A stretch of DNA of 64,000 nucleotides. Origin: Dehalococcoidia bacterium. Lineage in GTDB: Bacteria > Chloroflexota > Dehalococcoidia > Lucifugimonadales > UBA3495. How positions within the stretch are numbered: position 1 is the first letter of the stretch; each line of letters opens with the position of its first letter. The stretch is taken from NCBI GenBank assembly GCA_965116565.1, contig OZ220699.1, forward strand, positions 2,442,858 through 2,506,857, written 5' to 3'. Both the position numbers and the translations under genes were made by a program. The notes below the pieces were generated by a model that worked only from the letters and a program-made list of their open reading frames with translations, had not been told where the DNA came from and did not search any database. Below, piece by piece: positions 8,938 to 18,358 of this stretch.

Positions 8938-9849
8938 ATGGCCGGTCAAGCAGATTTACAAGCACAGTTGGCGACTCCTCCCGCCAGCCTATTGGAGCGA
9001 TCCCAAGGCGCATTGGTCGCGGTCGGCACTTTCGGCCGGCGCTATCCGGTCGGGGCGGTGGGTGGAGTCCTCCTGGTGGTCATATCCGTGCTTGCGGCCT
9101 TCGCCGGTCTGTTCTCCCCCCACGACCCGCTGTTCGTCGACTTCTTGAAACTCGGCGCCGCCCCCTCTTCCCAGTACCTGTTGGGCACCGACTATGAAGG
9201 CCGCGATATCCTCAGCCGGATCATCTACGGCGGACGTGTCTCCTTGCAGGTTTCGGTGTTGTCCGTGCTGTTGGGCTCCACCCTGGGCGCGCTCTGGGGG
9301 GTGGCCAGCGCATTCCTCGGGGGCCGGTTCGACATCATCAGCCAGCGGATCGTCGAAATCGTTATGTCGTTCCCGGCCCTGGTGCTGGCGATGGTTCTGT
9401 TGGTCGCGCTGGGCGGCGGCATCTGGACCGTCATCATCGCCATCGCGGTAACGCGTCTGCCTTACGGAGTGCGCGTGATCCGCTCGGTGGCCCTGTCCGT
9501 CAAAGAGCTTTCCTACGTGGACGCGGCCCGCGCCATGGGGGCCTCCAATTTCCGCATCATGGCCAAGCACATCGCGCCTCAGTGTTTCGCTGCCTATCTG
9601 GTTCTGGCTACGGCCCACCTCGGCGCGGCCATCGTCATCGAAGCATCCCTGGGTTTCCTCGGCGTGGGCATCACGCCGCCCACCCCAAGCTGGGGCAACA
9701 TGCTCGGCGGGGTGATCGCCAACACCTACAAGCCGATCTGGTGGCTGGTGGTGTTCCCCGGCCTGGCGATCTCGATCACGGTGCTGTCGTTCAATCTGCT
9801 CGGCGACGCTCTGCGCGACGCTCTGGACCCCAAACTACGCGGCCGGTAA
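8938..9849 (+). CDS. ABC transporter permease (DppC/OppC-like)
   Basis: Motifs HLLGTD-like (YLLGTDYEGRDILSRIIYG) and SYVDAARAMGAS. Six predicted TM segments. Confidence 0.9.
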   Translation: MAGQADLQAQLATPPASLLERSQGALVAVGTFGRRYPVGAVGGVLLVVISVLAAFAGLFSPHDPLFVDFLKLGAAPSSQYLLGTDYEGRDILSRIIYGGRVSLQVSVLSVLLGSTLGALWGVASAFLGGRFDIISQRIVEIVMSFPALVLAMVLLVALGGGIWTVIIAIAVTRLPYGVRVIRSVALSVKELSYVDAARAMGASNFRIMAKHIAPQCFAAYLVLATAHLGAAIVIEASLGFLGVGITPPTPSWGNMLGGVIANTYKPIWWLVVFPGLAISITVLSFNLLGDALRDALDPKLRGR

Positions 9850-9925
9850 CTTGCTCAACCGCTAGCCGGCGCACCTTGGGGAGTGGTCAACTCGGCGGTG
9901 TGATCCGACGATCCACCGAGCCGGA

Positions 9926-10591
9926 CTAAACTTCGATCTCCACGTCTCCGTACCGGTCGAAGAATCGGTCCTGCAGCCCCGAGAACTTCTCACGATACGC
10001 GTTGGTGTGGATGCGGTCCGTGGTCATGATAACCGCGTCCTCCCGGTTGTCGGCGTAGTAGTTCTTGCGGATCCCAACCTCGTTGAATCCGTATTTGTCG
10101 TACAGGCGCTGGGCAATGAAATTGGAGACCCGGGCCTCCAGCGTCACTTCCTCCAATCCCTGCTCGTAGGCCGCCCGCAGCGTCCCGATCAACAGGAGTT
10201 CGCCGATTCCCCGTCCCCTCAGGGACTCCCGCACCGCGATTTCGGTAATGTGCGCTTGGTCCCCCTGGAACCATATCCCCACGTAGCCCGCGATGGCGTC
10301 GTCTCCGTCGTCGTTCCGAGACCCGAAAACCGACGTGACCCCGCGTATCATCCGGGCCCACATCGACGAGTCGGGTGGCTCCTCCCCTTTTGGGATCCCG
10401 ACGGCTGTCGGCGTTTCGTCTTCGTTGATGAGGTATGCGACCAGGAAGCGGCAGTGCCGGCTGTTCAACTCCCTGCGGAACTGCGTGCCCACCCATCCGG
10501 TTGAAAAAGCCTCGTGCTCAATCTCTATTACCTGCGAGATATCCTCTGCTCGCATCCGACGCAACGCGACGTCCATAGCATCCTGTCCCAT
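9926..10591 (-). CDS. rimI: Ribosomal-protein-alanine N-acetyltransferase-like GNAT
   Basis: AGYVGIWFQGDQAHITEIAVRESLRGRGIGELLL...LEARVSNFIAQRLYDKYGFNEVGIRKNYYADNREDAVIM matches the RimI pattern. It carries an extra roughly 40-aa insert. The start ATG shares one nucleotide with the upstream stop (TAATG). Confidence 0.7.
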   Translation of the reverse strand: MGQDAMDVALRRMRAEDISQVIEIEHEAFSTGWVGTQFRRELNSRHCRFLVAYLINEDETPTAVGIPKGEEPPDSSMWARMIRGVTSVFGSRNDDGDDAIAGYVGIWFQGDQAHITEIAVRESLRGRGIGELLLIGTLRAAYEQGLEEVTLEARVSNFIAQRLYDKYGFNEVGIRKNYYADNREDAVIMTTDRIHTNAYREKFSGLQDRFFDRYGDVEIEV

Positions 10592-11859
10592 TATCGGGTC
10601 TGCGATCCCTCGATATCGTCGGTCATCAGCTTGACCGACCCGTACACCCCGTCGTAGCCGGGTTCTACGTAAACCTCGCCTGATCGCGCGGCCAGTACCG
10701 CCCGCGCCAGCGACTCGCCCGCCGCCGGAATCAGGTCCCTCTCCGAGGTGTACAGCAGCGTGGCAAGTTCGCTGCCGAAATGATCGGTCAGCCTATTGTA
10801 CTCCCTGACCACCCGGCGTGCGTTCACTCCCACGTTCATCGTGCCTGCGATAATTTCCTGTAGCGGCGCCAGCCGCGTGAACGGCGGATGCCAGCCATCT
10901 GATCGGATCCATCCGTCCGCGCCAACCTCCGGGTCGGTGCTGATCACCCGGCTCGACAATTCCGACACCCGGTGCAGCACCCCCAGCGTGAGCTCGCGAC
11001 CGCACACCGGACACGACGTCCCATGCGCCGCCTCGTCAGCCGGCCCGTACACCACTCCGCATTTCCGGTGCCCGCTGTAGTGGTATTTGCCTCCCTCCGG
11101 ATAAAACTCCACCGTGAAATCCGCGCCCGCATTCCGCAGCGCCTCCGACAATGCAGGCCAGGACAATTCCCCCCTCATAGCCGTCATTTCACGCCCCAAC
11201 CGCGCCGGCGAGTGCGCGTCGGAGAACGACACGATACTGCGTCCGTCCAATTCGCTCACCCACCGGTTCATCGCCGGATCCGACGACAGGCCGCTCTCCA
11301 CCGCCGTCACCAACGGCGCCAGGTCGCCGAAGCACTCCTCCAGGCTGTCGAACCCGCCCTTCGATCCGTAAACCCCGTACCACGGCGTCCAGGCGTGTGC
11401 CGGAATCACGATCGACTCTGGATGACAGTCCAAAGCCAGCTCCATGAGGTCCCGGGCCGAAAGGCTGACCGTCGGTCGTCCGTCGTTGGTCAGTTTGCCG
11501 TGCTCGCTCAGCCCGTACGTCAGGTCATCCGCCGCATCCAGTGTGGGCATCAGTACCAGCACGTGAATACGCCGCGTCCGCCCACCCTGCTTGTACACGC
11601 AGCTGATCTCCGTGCCGGGCACGAACCTCACGCCGTTGTAACTGTGCAGCCCGTCGTCATCGACCCGCAGACCCGCACGAAGCTCTTTGGCCCAAAGGGG
11701 ATGGGTGAAGTCGCCGGTCGCCAGGAGGTCAATCCCTTTGCGGCCCGCCCAGCTACTGAGCGAATCCAGCGACAGCGCCTTGCTGCAGGCGAACGCATAC
11801 CGCGAATGGATGTGCAGATCAGCGATGAACGACGCCGACCCGTCCGGATGGCCGGGCAT
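10591..11859 (-). CDS. Endonuclease Q-like PHP-domain nuclease with zinc finger
   Basis: ADLHIHSRYA, ATGDFTHPLW, PAHAWTPW, ESGLSSDPAM, SFSDAHSPARLGRE, GGKYH, CPVCGRELTLGVLHRV, PPFTRLAPLQEII, HFGSE and the C-terminal GYDGVYG all parallel archaeal EndoQ as I recall it. ATG 11857-11859 overlaps the upstream TGA (TGATG). Confidence 0.75.
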   Translation of the reverse strand: MPGHPDGSASFIADLHIHSRYAFACSKALSLDSLSSWAGRKGIDLLATGDFTHPLWAKELRAGLRVDDDGLHSYNGVRFVPGTEISCVYKQGGRTRRIHVLVLMPTLDAADDLTYGLSEHGKLTNDGRPTVSLSARDLMELALDCHPESIVIPAHAWTPWYGVYGSKGGFDSLEECFGDLAPLVTAVESGLSSDPAMNRWVSELDGRSIVSFSDAHSPARLGREMTAMRGELSWPALSEALRNAGADFTVEFYPEGGKYHYSGHRKCGVVYGPADEAAHGTSCPVCGRELTLGVLHRVSELSSRVISTDPEVGADGWIRSDGWHPPFTRLAPLQEIIAGTMNVGVNARRVVREYNRLTDHFGSELATLLYTSERDLIPAAGESLARAVLAARSGEVYVEPGYDGVYGSVKLMTDDIEGSQTR

Positions 11860-12614
11860 CAAACGGCAAGTAGCAGATCAGCCAGCTCTCGCGGTTTTTG
11901 AGTGGCCGCCTGGTGACCTGCCTCCAGCTCCACTACGTTCGCCCCCGGTATTCGCGCCGCCATCGCTCGCTGTTGGGACGGCGCGATCAAGCCGTCCTCC
12001 CCAAGAACCACATAGGTGACCGGACACGGCAACTCATCGAGGTCCAGGGACACCGGTTGAGTCAGCATGCGCAGCGGCAACGGCCCCAGGTGCCCCACCG
12101 TCTCCACTTGCTGCATCGGCTCCAGGCCTTTGCACGTGTAGTTGCTCACCAGGCTGCGGGGAACCTGGATATCCTTGCCGGTGAGTGTACTCACGATCTT
12201 GCACATCGAAATGGCCGCCCGCAGCGGCGTTGGATACGCGGAGACCGGTGCGCCCCGGTTCGAGGGCACCAGGCCGGCCACCAGCACCAGGCGTTTGGGC
12301 TTCGGCTGAAGTTCGCCCAGGGCCTGCAACGCCACCGTGCCCCCCAATTCGTGCGCGGCGATTATGTAATCCGAAAATCCTTCCCGCTCCACCAGGTTGG
12401 TGATCGCGAGCACTCCCTCCGACATGTCCACCAGCCCGGCGTCGAGGGCCGCGTCCGACCCTTGACCGGGCAGGTCCACCGCGCGCACCCGGACTGCTTG
12501 TCGCTGGCGATATAGGCTGGGCGGGTGCTCCACCGGGGCGGTCATTTGGCCCCAGACCTTGCCCCAACTCCACGCGCCTTGTCCGGCTCCGTGCACCAAC
12601 AAATAGTCCGTCAC
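11859..12614 (-). CDS. Alpha/beta-fold hydrolase
   Basis: YLLVHGAGQGAWSWGKVW N-terminus and a nucleophile-elbow-like AHELGG. Similar in layout to the hydrolase at 35315-36052. Confidence 0.7.
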   Translation of the reverse strand: MTDYLLVHGAGQGAWSWGKVWGQMTAPVEHPPSLYRQRQAVRVRAVDLPGQGSDAALDAGLVDMSEGVLAITNLVEREGFSDYIIAAHELGGTVALQALGELQPKPKRLVLVAGLVPSNRGAPVSAYPTPLRAAISMCKIVSTLTGKDIQVPRSLVSNYTCKGLEPMQQVETVGHLGPLPLRMLTQPVSLDLDELPCPVTYVVLGEDGLIAPSQQRAMAARIPGANVVELEAGHQAATQKPRELADLLLAV

Positions 12615-12656
12615 GATTTCACCCGTTGTCTCCCAGAGCGTGTTTGTGGCGCGTTT

Positions 12657-14117
12657 TTACGCCAATATCTCTTTCAAGGCTCGCAGCGCATCATCATCCT
12701 GCTCGGGCAGCACCGTTCTTGGGTCCAGCCGCACCGCATCGTCCTCGATCCGCGCGATCACCGGCGTCGATCTGCCGCGCAGCCCTGCCAGCAGCGACTC
12801 CGGGCTCATACCGCCGCCATTGGCCGAGATCGAAAGCGCCCACGACTCCAGCGTCTCTCCCGGCAGGCTGCCGCCCCCGACAGCCGACCTCGCGGGTTCG
12901 ACGGTTATCTCGCATCCCGGCGATCCTCCAACCATTACGCGCCATCGTTCCGCCCTGGCCTTGATGTCGCCCGGTTTCGCGGCAATCATACGCCACACCG
13001 GCACCTCGGACTCCGCGGTTCCGCTCAGGTAGTGCGTCAGCGTCGCGGTCAGGCTGGCGAGGCTCATCTTGTCGATGCGCACCGCCCGCGCCAGCGGGTG
13101 CCGCTCCAGCGTCTGCACCAGTTCCCGCGTGCCCACCACGATGCCGGCCTGCGGGCCGCCCAGCAGCTTGTCCCCGGAAAAGAACACCAGCCCGGTACCG
13201 GCCGCGATTGCCTCCTGCGGCATTGGCTCGTGCGCCAGGCCGTACCTGTCCGTCGGCAGCAAAGCGCCGGATCCCACGTCGTGCAACACCGGAATCCCCG
13301 CGTGTTCCCCAAGTTGCACTAACTCCCGCTCGTCCACAGCGGCGGTGAACCCTTCCACGCGAAAGTTGCTGGCGTGAGCTTTCAGGAAGGCGGCCGTGTC
13401 ATCCGTCACGGCGTCCGCGTAGTCGCGCACGTAAGTCCGGTTGGTCGTGCCGACGTCCACCAGCGTGCATCCGCTCTGGCGCAGCACGTCGGGGATGCGG
13501 AACCCGCCGCCGATCTCCACAGCCTCGCCCCGCGCCACTATGACCTCGCGCCCGGCCGCCAGCGCCGCCAGTCCCAGCAGCAGCGCCGACGCGTTGTTGT
13601 TCACCACCAACGCGGCCTCCGCGCCCGTGATCTGCCGCAGCAGAGATTGCAGGTGCGCCTGCCTAGACCCCCGTCGACCCGTAGAGAGATCTATCTCCAG
13701 GTCCGAGTACCCACGCGCCACGGCATCGGCGGCGGCCAATGCGGCCTTGCTCAACGGCGCCCGACCCAGGTTCGTATGGATCACCACTCCCGTCGCGTTG
13801 ATCAGCGGTCTCGGCGACGGCGCCACCAGGTCGTCGATGGTGCGGCGCACCGTCTCGGCGATCTCATCCAGGGACCCGGATTCGCCCCCGGCAAGTATGC
13901 TCCGCCGCGCTTCGTCAACCGCGTCCCGCGTCAAGTCCACCACCCAGTCGCGGCCGTAGGTCGAAACCGCGTCCGCCAGCGTGTCGCTGCTGACGACGCG
14001 CTCGACGCTCGGGAGGTTGCGTAGTAGTTGACTGGTCACGGATCTCTTCGGCGCGCCCATTGGGTTAAACGACGGGTTGGGCCGCTGTATTCTATCATCC
14101 GATCTGCTTCTCGCCAT
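12657..14117 (-). CDS. selA: L-seryl-tRNA(Sec) selenium transferase
   Basis: LINATGVVIHTNLGRAPL and the PLP-lysine motif FFSGDKLLGGPQAGIVVG are SelA signatures. The start is uncertain (ATG candidates at 14117, 14060 and 14138; the track ORF begins at 14159). Confidence 0.88.
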   Translation of the reverse strand: MARSRSDDRIQRPNPSFNPMGAPKRSVTSQLLRNLPSVERVVSSDTLADAVSTYGRDWVVDLTRDAVDEARRSILAGGESGSLDEIAETVRRTIDDLVAPSPRPLINATGVVIHTNLGRAPLSKAALAAADAVARGYSDLEIDLSTGRRGSRQAHLQSLLRQITGAEAALVVNNNASALLLGLAALAAGREVIVARGEAVEIGGGFRIPDVLRQSGCTLVDVGTTNRTYVRDYADAVTDDTAAFLKAHASNFRVEGFTAAVDERELVQLGEHAGIPVLHDVGSGALLPTDRYGLAHEPMPQEAIAAGTGLVFFSGDKLLGGPQAGIVVGTRELVQTLERHPLARAVRIDKMSLASLTATLTHYLSGTAESEVPVWRMIAAKPGDIKARAERWRVMVGGSPGCEITVEPARSAVGGGSLPGETLESWALSISANGGGMSPESLLAGLRGRSTPVIARIEDDAVRLDPRTVLPEQDDDALRALKEILA

Positions 14118-14242
14118 GCCCTCCATCGAGAGCGACATGCCTGACAACACAACCCGCAAGCCCGGCTGCTATCGACTATAATTGAGCCCCGCATTTCCCG
14201 GCGCGCACCGCCAACCCTACGGTTTCAGTAGGAGGTCACAGC

Positions 14243-14449
14243 ATGAATCCGAAAATCATTGGCCTCTGCATCGTCATCGTATTCGCGGTCGCAATCGTGT
14301 TCGGAGGAATCCATTACTCCTTGGCAATCATCGAGGCGTCATCGGCTTCTGCCGGCCCGGCCGAGGGCGAGTACGTCGCCCGCCTTGCGCCGGACGCTCA
14401 GGAGGACCCGGCAATCTCCGCCCTGAAGTACGTCTGCCTGTTCCACTGA
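14243..14449 (+). CDS. Small hypothetical membrane protein (68 aa)
   Basis: AGGAGG lies 7 nt before the ATG. One hydrophobic helix (IIGLCIVIVFAVAIVFGGI). GC3-rich codons. No family recognised. Confidence 0.5.
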   Translation: MNPKIIGLCIVIVFAVAIVFGGIHYSLAIIEASSASAGPAEGEYVARLAPDAQEDPAISALKYVCLFH

Positions 14450-14500
14450 ATCGCGCCGAATTTCACCACCCCGACAATCCTGAACCTACCCGGAGTAACG

Positions 14501-15739
14501 ATGACCACAGAGACCGGTTTGCCCCCTGCGCTCGATGCCCTCAAGAGCACCGTCCGCCGGATTATCCGCGACGAGTGCGTTCCCCTTGAGCCCGGATACC
14601 TCGCCCATCCGCCTCAGGAAGGCGAACCGGAAAACGGCGCTCCTCGCGGGGTGCTGGAAACCGTTCCGGGCGTGCTGGGCACGTTGACTGAAGACCAGTG
14701 GGCGCGCCTGCACAACCTCTCCAAACAGACCGGAATCTACACCTCGTTCGTCCCCGAGGACTACGGCGGCGGCGGCATGGGAGCGCTGGGCCATCTGGTT
14801 CTCGAAGAGGAAATCCACCAGAGCATCGTCCACCTGCCCACGTCGCCCGTTCCCATGTTCATGATCGGCGCCTGCACCCCGGAGCAGGAGCAGAAATACC
14901 TCTACCCCGCCATCAACGGCGACCTGTACTACTCGTTCGGCCAGACCGAGCCCGAGGCCGGCTCCGACCCGGGCGGGATGATGCAGACCCGCGCCGTCCG
15001 CGACGGCGACGACTGGATCATCAACGGCACCAAGATGTTCATCTCCGGCGCCGCCTCCGCCGATTTCCTCCTCGTCCAGGCCGTCACCGACCCCGATAAG
15101 CGTCAGCGTGGCGGCATCACCATGTTCATCATTGACAACCCCACGCCCGGCGTCACCTTCGAGCCCATCCGCGTCTGGATCGTCCCCACCAAGGCCCAGC
15201 AGCACTACATCCATCTGGACAACGTCCGCGTCCCCCAGACCCAGGTCCTCGGCGAGGTCGGAGAGGGCTTCAACCTCGGCCAGCAGTGGCTCGTCCACCA
15301 CGACCGCCTCCTGCGCGGCGCCATGGCCCTGGGTATCCTCACCCGCGCCCTCCAGATGGCAATCGACTGGTCCCAGGAGCGCGTCACCTACGGCCGCCCC
15401 ATCGCCGACCGTCAGGCCATCCAGTGGATGCTCACCGACGTATATATGGACATCATCGCCCTCCGCGCCGTCGCCCGCGAGACCGCCGCCCGCGCCGACG
15501 CCGGCGAGGATGTGCGCGTCGAAGCCTCCATGGTCAAATACGCCGCCGGCGAGTGGGGTTGGCGCAGCATCGACAAGATCATGCAGATATTCGGCGGCAT
15601 GGGCGAAACCCTCGACATGCCCATCCCCCACTGGTACCACATGCTCCGCCACGCCCGCATCGGCGGCGGCACCTCCGAGATCCATAAATTCGTGATGGCC
15701 CGCGCCCTGTTGGGTGGCCGGGTCAACTTCCAGGGATAG
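14501..15739 (+). CDS. Acyl-CoA dehydrogenase family protein
   Basis: YSFGQTEPEAGSDPGGMMQTRAVRDGDDWIINGTKMFISGA and C-terminal IFGGMG...RIGGGTSEIHK motifs. Confidence 0.9.
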   Translation: MTTETGLPPALDALKSTVRRIIRDECVPLEPGYLAHPPQEGEPENGAPRGVLETVPGVLGTLTEDQWARLHNLSKQTGIYTSFVPEDYGGGGMGALGHLVLEEEIHQSIVHLPTSPVPMFMIGACTPEQEQKYLYPAINGDLYYSFGQTEPEAGSDPGGMMQTRAVRDGDDWIINGTKMFISGAASADFLLVQAVTDPDKRQRGGITMFIIDNPTPGVTFEPIRVWIVPTKAQQHYIHLDNVRVPQTQVLGEVGEGFNLGQQWLVHHDRLLRGAMALGILTRALQMAIDWSQERVTYGRPIADRQAIQWMLTDVYMDIIALRAVARETAARADAGEDVRVEASMVKYAAGEWGWRSIDKIMQIFGGMGETLDMPIPHWYHMLRHARIGGGTSEIHKFVMARALLGGRVNFQG

Positions 15740-15824
15740 GCGCCTGGCTAGGACCAGTTCAGCGATGCGTCAACAACTCAATCGCGACCGCATATAAATG
15801 AACCGGAAATAAACGGAGGATTCA

Positions 15825-16625
15825 ATGCCCTATCAGAACGTGCTCAAATACACCCTGCCCGTGCTCGCCGTGGCCCTGGTAATGCTCATCGCCGCCTGGG
15901 CGTTCAACCTGCCCCCGGTGTCCGCCATCGCCGACCGCGACCAAAACCCTGCCGAATCCTCGACAACCGTTCCCGGCCTGCTGACCGACGACCAGATCGA
16001 CGTCGCCCAGGTCTCCGGACGCGGAACCGCCACCGGGTCGCCCGACCTGGCCGAGCTGTCCCTGGCTGTTTCCGTCACCGCCGATACCGTCGTCTCAGCC
16101 CGCGACACCGCCGCAACCACCATGGACGACGTTCAGGAAGCCCTCACCGACGAGGACATCGACGAGGACGACATCGCCACCACATACTTCCGGATCCATC
16201 CCAATTACGAATACGGCCCCGACGGTCGTGAACAGGATGGCTACACCGTCGAAAACGGCCTGGCCGTTACCGTTCGCGACACCGACGAGGTCGGCGCGGT
16301 GATCGACGCGGCGGTTACCGCCGGCGGCGACCACATCCAGTTCAACAACCTGAATTTTGCGATTTCGGATACCTCGGAGTTGGAAGAGGAAGCCAGAGAG
16401 GCCGCCATCGACAACATGCAGGAAAAGGCCGAGCAGATCGCCGAATTCTCCGGCCGCGAACTGGGCGACCTCAAAGTCGTCAGCGAATACCCCATCGGCG
16501 GCCACGGCGGGCCCACGCTTGAACGCGGCTTCGCCCTTGCCGCCGCTGCCTCCGCAGACACACCCATCACCGCGGGCGACAGCACGATCACCGTCGTGGT
16601 CTACGGCATCTACGAGCTCGAGTGA
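15825..16625 (+). CDS. SIMPL/DUF541-domain secreted protein
   Basis: N-terminal TM/signal segment, then a GRGTATGSPDLAELSLAVSV...ARDTAATTM pattern typical of the SIMPL (26 kDa periplasmic immunogenic protein) family. Confidence 0.6.
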   Translation: MPYQNVLKYTLPVLAVALVMLIAAWAFNLPPVSAIADRDQNPAESSTTVPGLLTDDQIDVAQVSGRGTATGSPDLAELSLAVSVTADTVVSARDTAATTMDDVQEALTDEDIDEDDIATTYFRIHPNYEYGPDGREQDGYTVENGLAVTVRDTDEVGAVIDAAVTAGGDHIQFNNLNFAISDTSELEEEAREAAIDNMQEKAEQIAEFSGRELGDLKVVSEYPIGGHGGPTLERGFALAAAASADTPITAGDSTITVVVYGIYELE

Positions 16626-16631
16626 TCTCCG

Positions 16632-17198
16632 ATGGTACTCAGCGACCGCACCATCCGCCGCGAACTCGACGAGGGTCGAATAGTCGTCGACCCCATCAAT
16701 CCCGACGACATCCAGCCGGCCAGCATCGACCTCCACCTCGACAATCGTTTCCTCGTATTCTCCAACTCCCGTCGCCCGTACATCGACGTCCGCGAATCCC
16801 AGGCTGATCTCACCGAGGAAGTCGAAATCCAGGGCGAAGATCAATTCATCCTGCACCCCGGGGAGTTCGTCCTCGGCAGTACCCTTGAGCACATCGAACT
16901 CCCCGACGACCTCGTCGCCCGCCTGGAGGGCAAGAGCAGCCTGGGCCGCATCGGTCTGCTGATCCACAGCACGGCCGGCTTCGTCGATCCCGGCTGGCGC
17001 GGCCGCCTGACCCTGGAGCTCAGCAACGTCGCCCGCCTGCCCATCGCCCTCTACCACGGAATGAAAATCGGCCAGATCTCCTTCCTGCGCCTCACCGAAC
17101 CCGCCGAGCGTTTGTATGGCTCTCCGGAGTTGGGCAGCAAGTATCAGGGCCAGTCCGGGCCCACCGCCAGCCGGTTCCACCAGGACTTCGCTCCATGA
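16632..17198 (+). CDS. dcd: dCTP deaminase
   Basis: [21 protein letters not shown]...[12 protein letters not shown]...[10 protein letters not shown]...[14 protein letters not shown]. Confidence 0.92.
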   Translation: MVLSDRTIRRELDEGRIVVDPINPDDIQPASIDLHLDNRFLVFSNSRRPYIDVRESQADLTEEVEIQGEDQFILHPGEFVLGSTLEHIELPDDLVARLEGKSSLGRIGLLIHSTAGFVDPGWRGRLTLELSNVARLPIALYHGMKIGQISFLRLTEPAERLYGSPELGSKYQGQSGPTASRFHQDFAP

Positions 17199-18358
17199 CA
17201 CAACCGGATCGTGCCGGGACCGGCGACCCAATGACGGCAACCGTCGATCCCATGCGACGGGCCCTCGATCTCGCCCGCTCGGCCCTGGGTACCACCAGTC
17301 CCAACCCCGCGGTCGGCGCTGTGATCGTGCGCGATTCAACCGTGGTCGGCGAGGGACACACCCTCCCGGCGGGTCAGCACCACGCGGAAATCGGCGCGTT
17401 GCAACAGGCCGGGCCCGCCGCCCGCGGCGCCACCCTCTACTGCACCCTCGAACCCTGCTGCCACTACGGCCGCACCCCTCCGTGCACAGACGCCGTGATC
17501 AACGCCGGCATCGCCCGTGTCATCTACGCCGTCCGCGATCCCAACCCTCGCGTCGCCGGCGGTGGAGAGACCGCCCTGCGCGCCGCCGGCATCGCCGTCC
17601 AACACCAGCCCGATCCGGCCGCCGACGAACTCTACGAGGCATTCGCCAAACACATCACCACCGGCCTGCCCTTCGTGGTCGCCAAGTTCGCCATGAGTCT
17701 GGACGGCAAGATCGCCACCCGCACCGGCGCGTCCCAGTGGATCACCGGCCCCGACGCCCGCGCCCGCGTCCAGCAGATGCGCAAAGAGCTTGACGGCATC
17801 ATGGTCGGCATCGGCACCACCCTCACTGACGACCCTCAGTTGACCGCCCGCGACCCCAGCGGCAACGCGCTCCCGTCCAACCTCCAACCCGTGCGCATCG
17901 TGGTCGACAGCCACGCCCGCACTCCTCCCGACGCCCGCATGCTCCGCCAGCCCGGCCGCACCATCATCGCGACGTGCGGCGGCATCGACCACGCCCGTAT
18001 CGCCGCGCTCGAGGACGCCGGCGCCGAGGTGCGCGATTTCCCCGGCCCGAATGGCCGCGTCAATCTGCCCGCCATGCTCGAATCCCTGGGCGCCGACGGC
18101 ATGATGAGCGTGCTCGTCGAGGGCGGCGGCGAGGTGCTGGGCGCGATGCTCGACGCCGGGCTCATCGACAAGGTCTGCGCGTTCGTAGCCCCCAAGCTCA
18201 TCGGAGGCGCCGCCGCCAGTTCGCCCATTGGGGGCAACGGCGCTACCGTCATGGCCGACGTCTGGAATCTCGAGCGCGCCTGCTTCGAACCGATCGGCCC
18301 CGACTGGCTCATCACCGGCTACCCCGCTCCCAGCCACCCCGTCCAAGGAGGCTCCTGA
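17195..18358 (+). CDS. ribD: Bifunctional riboflavin biosynthesis protein RibD (deaminase/reductase)
   Basis: Deaminase zinc motifs HAEIGAL ... [14 protein letters not shown], then the reductase half ([11 protein letters not shown]...). ATGA overlap with dcd. Confidence 0.92.
   Translation: MTQPDRAGTGDPMTATVDPMRRALDLARSALGTTSPNPAVGAVIVRDSTVVGEGHTLPAGQHHAEIGALQQAGPAARGATLYCTLEPCCHYGRTPPCTDAVINAGIARVIYAVRDPNPRVAGGGETALRAAGIAVQHQPDPAADELYEAFAKHITTGLPFVVAKFAMSLDGKIATRTGASQWITGPDARARVQQMRKELDGIMVGIGTTLTDDPQLTARDPSGNALPSNLQPVRIVVDSHARTPPDARMLRQPGRTIIATCGGIDHARIAALEDAGAEVRDFPGPNGRVNLPAMLESLGADGMMSVLVEGGGEVLGAMLDAGLIDKVCAFVAPKLIGGAAASSPIGGNGATVMADVWNLERACFEPIGPDWLITGYPAPSHPVQGGS

Noticed and set aside
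14447-14503. TGA stop of the small membrane ORF is in frame (51 nt) with the acyl-CoA dehydrogenase start, raising the possibility of another Sec read-through
   Set aside because: There is no redox motif around the TGA and no hairpin resembling the GCGCYG-AGUUR-CRG-N-CGC element. The dehydrogenase has its own GGAG RBS and a full-length N-terminus. An in-frame arrangement is expected one time in three by chance.
14486-15685. Long antisense 'shadow' ORFs. Examples: 14486-15685 (399 aa), 16095-17339 (414 aa), 17336-18346, 23254-24231, 26470-27363, 34052-35491 (479 aa), 41409-42419, 62435-63934 (499 aa)
   Set aside because: Each lies opposite a gene with clear family motifs. Each has Gly/Ala/Val/Asp/Arg-dominated composition typical of the reverse frame of high-GC genes, and none has recognisable motifs.
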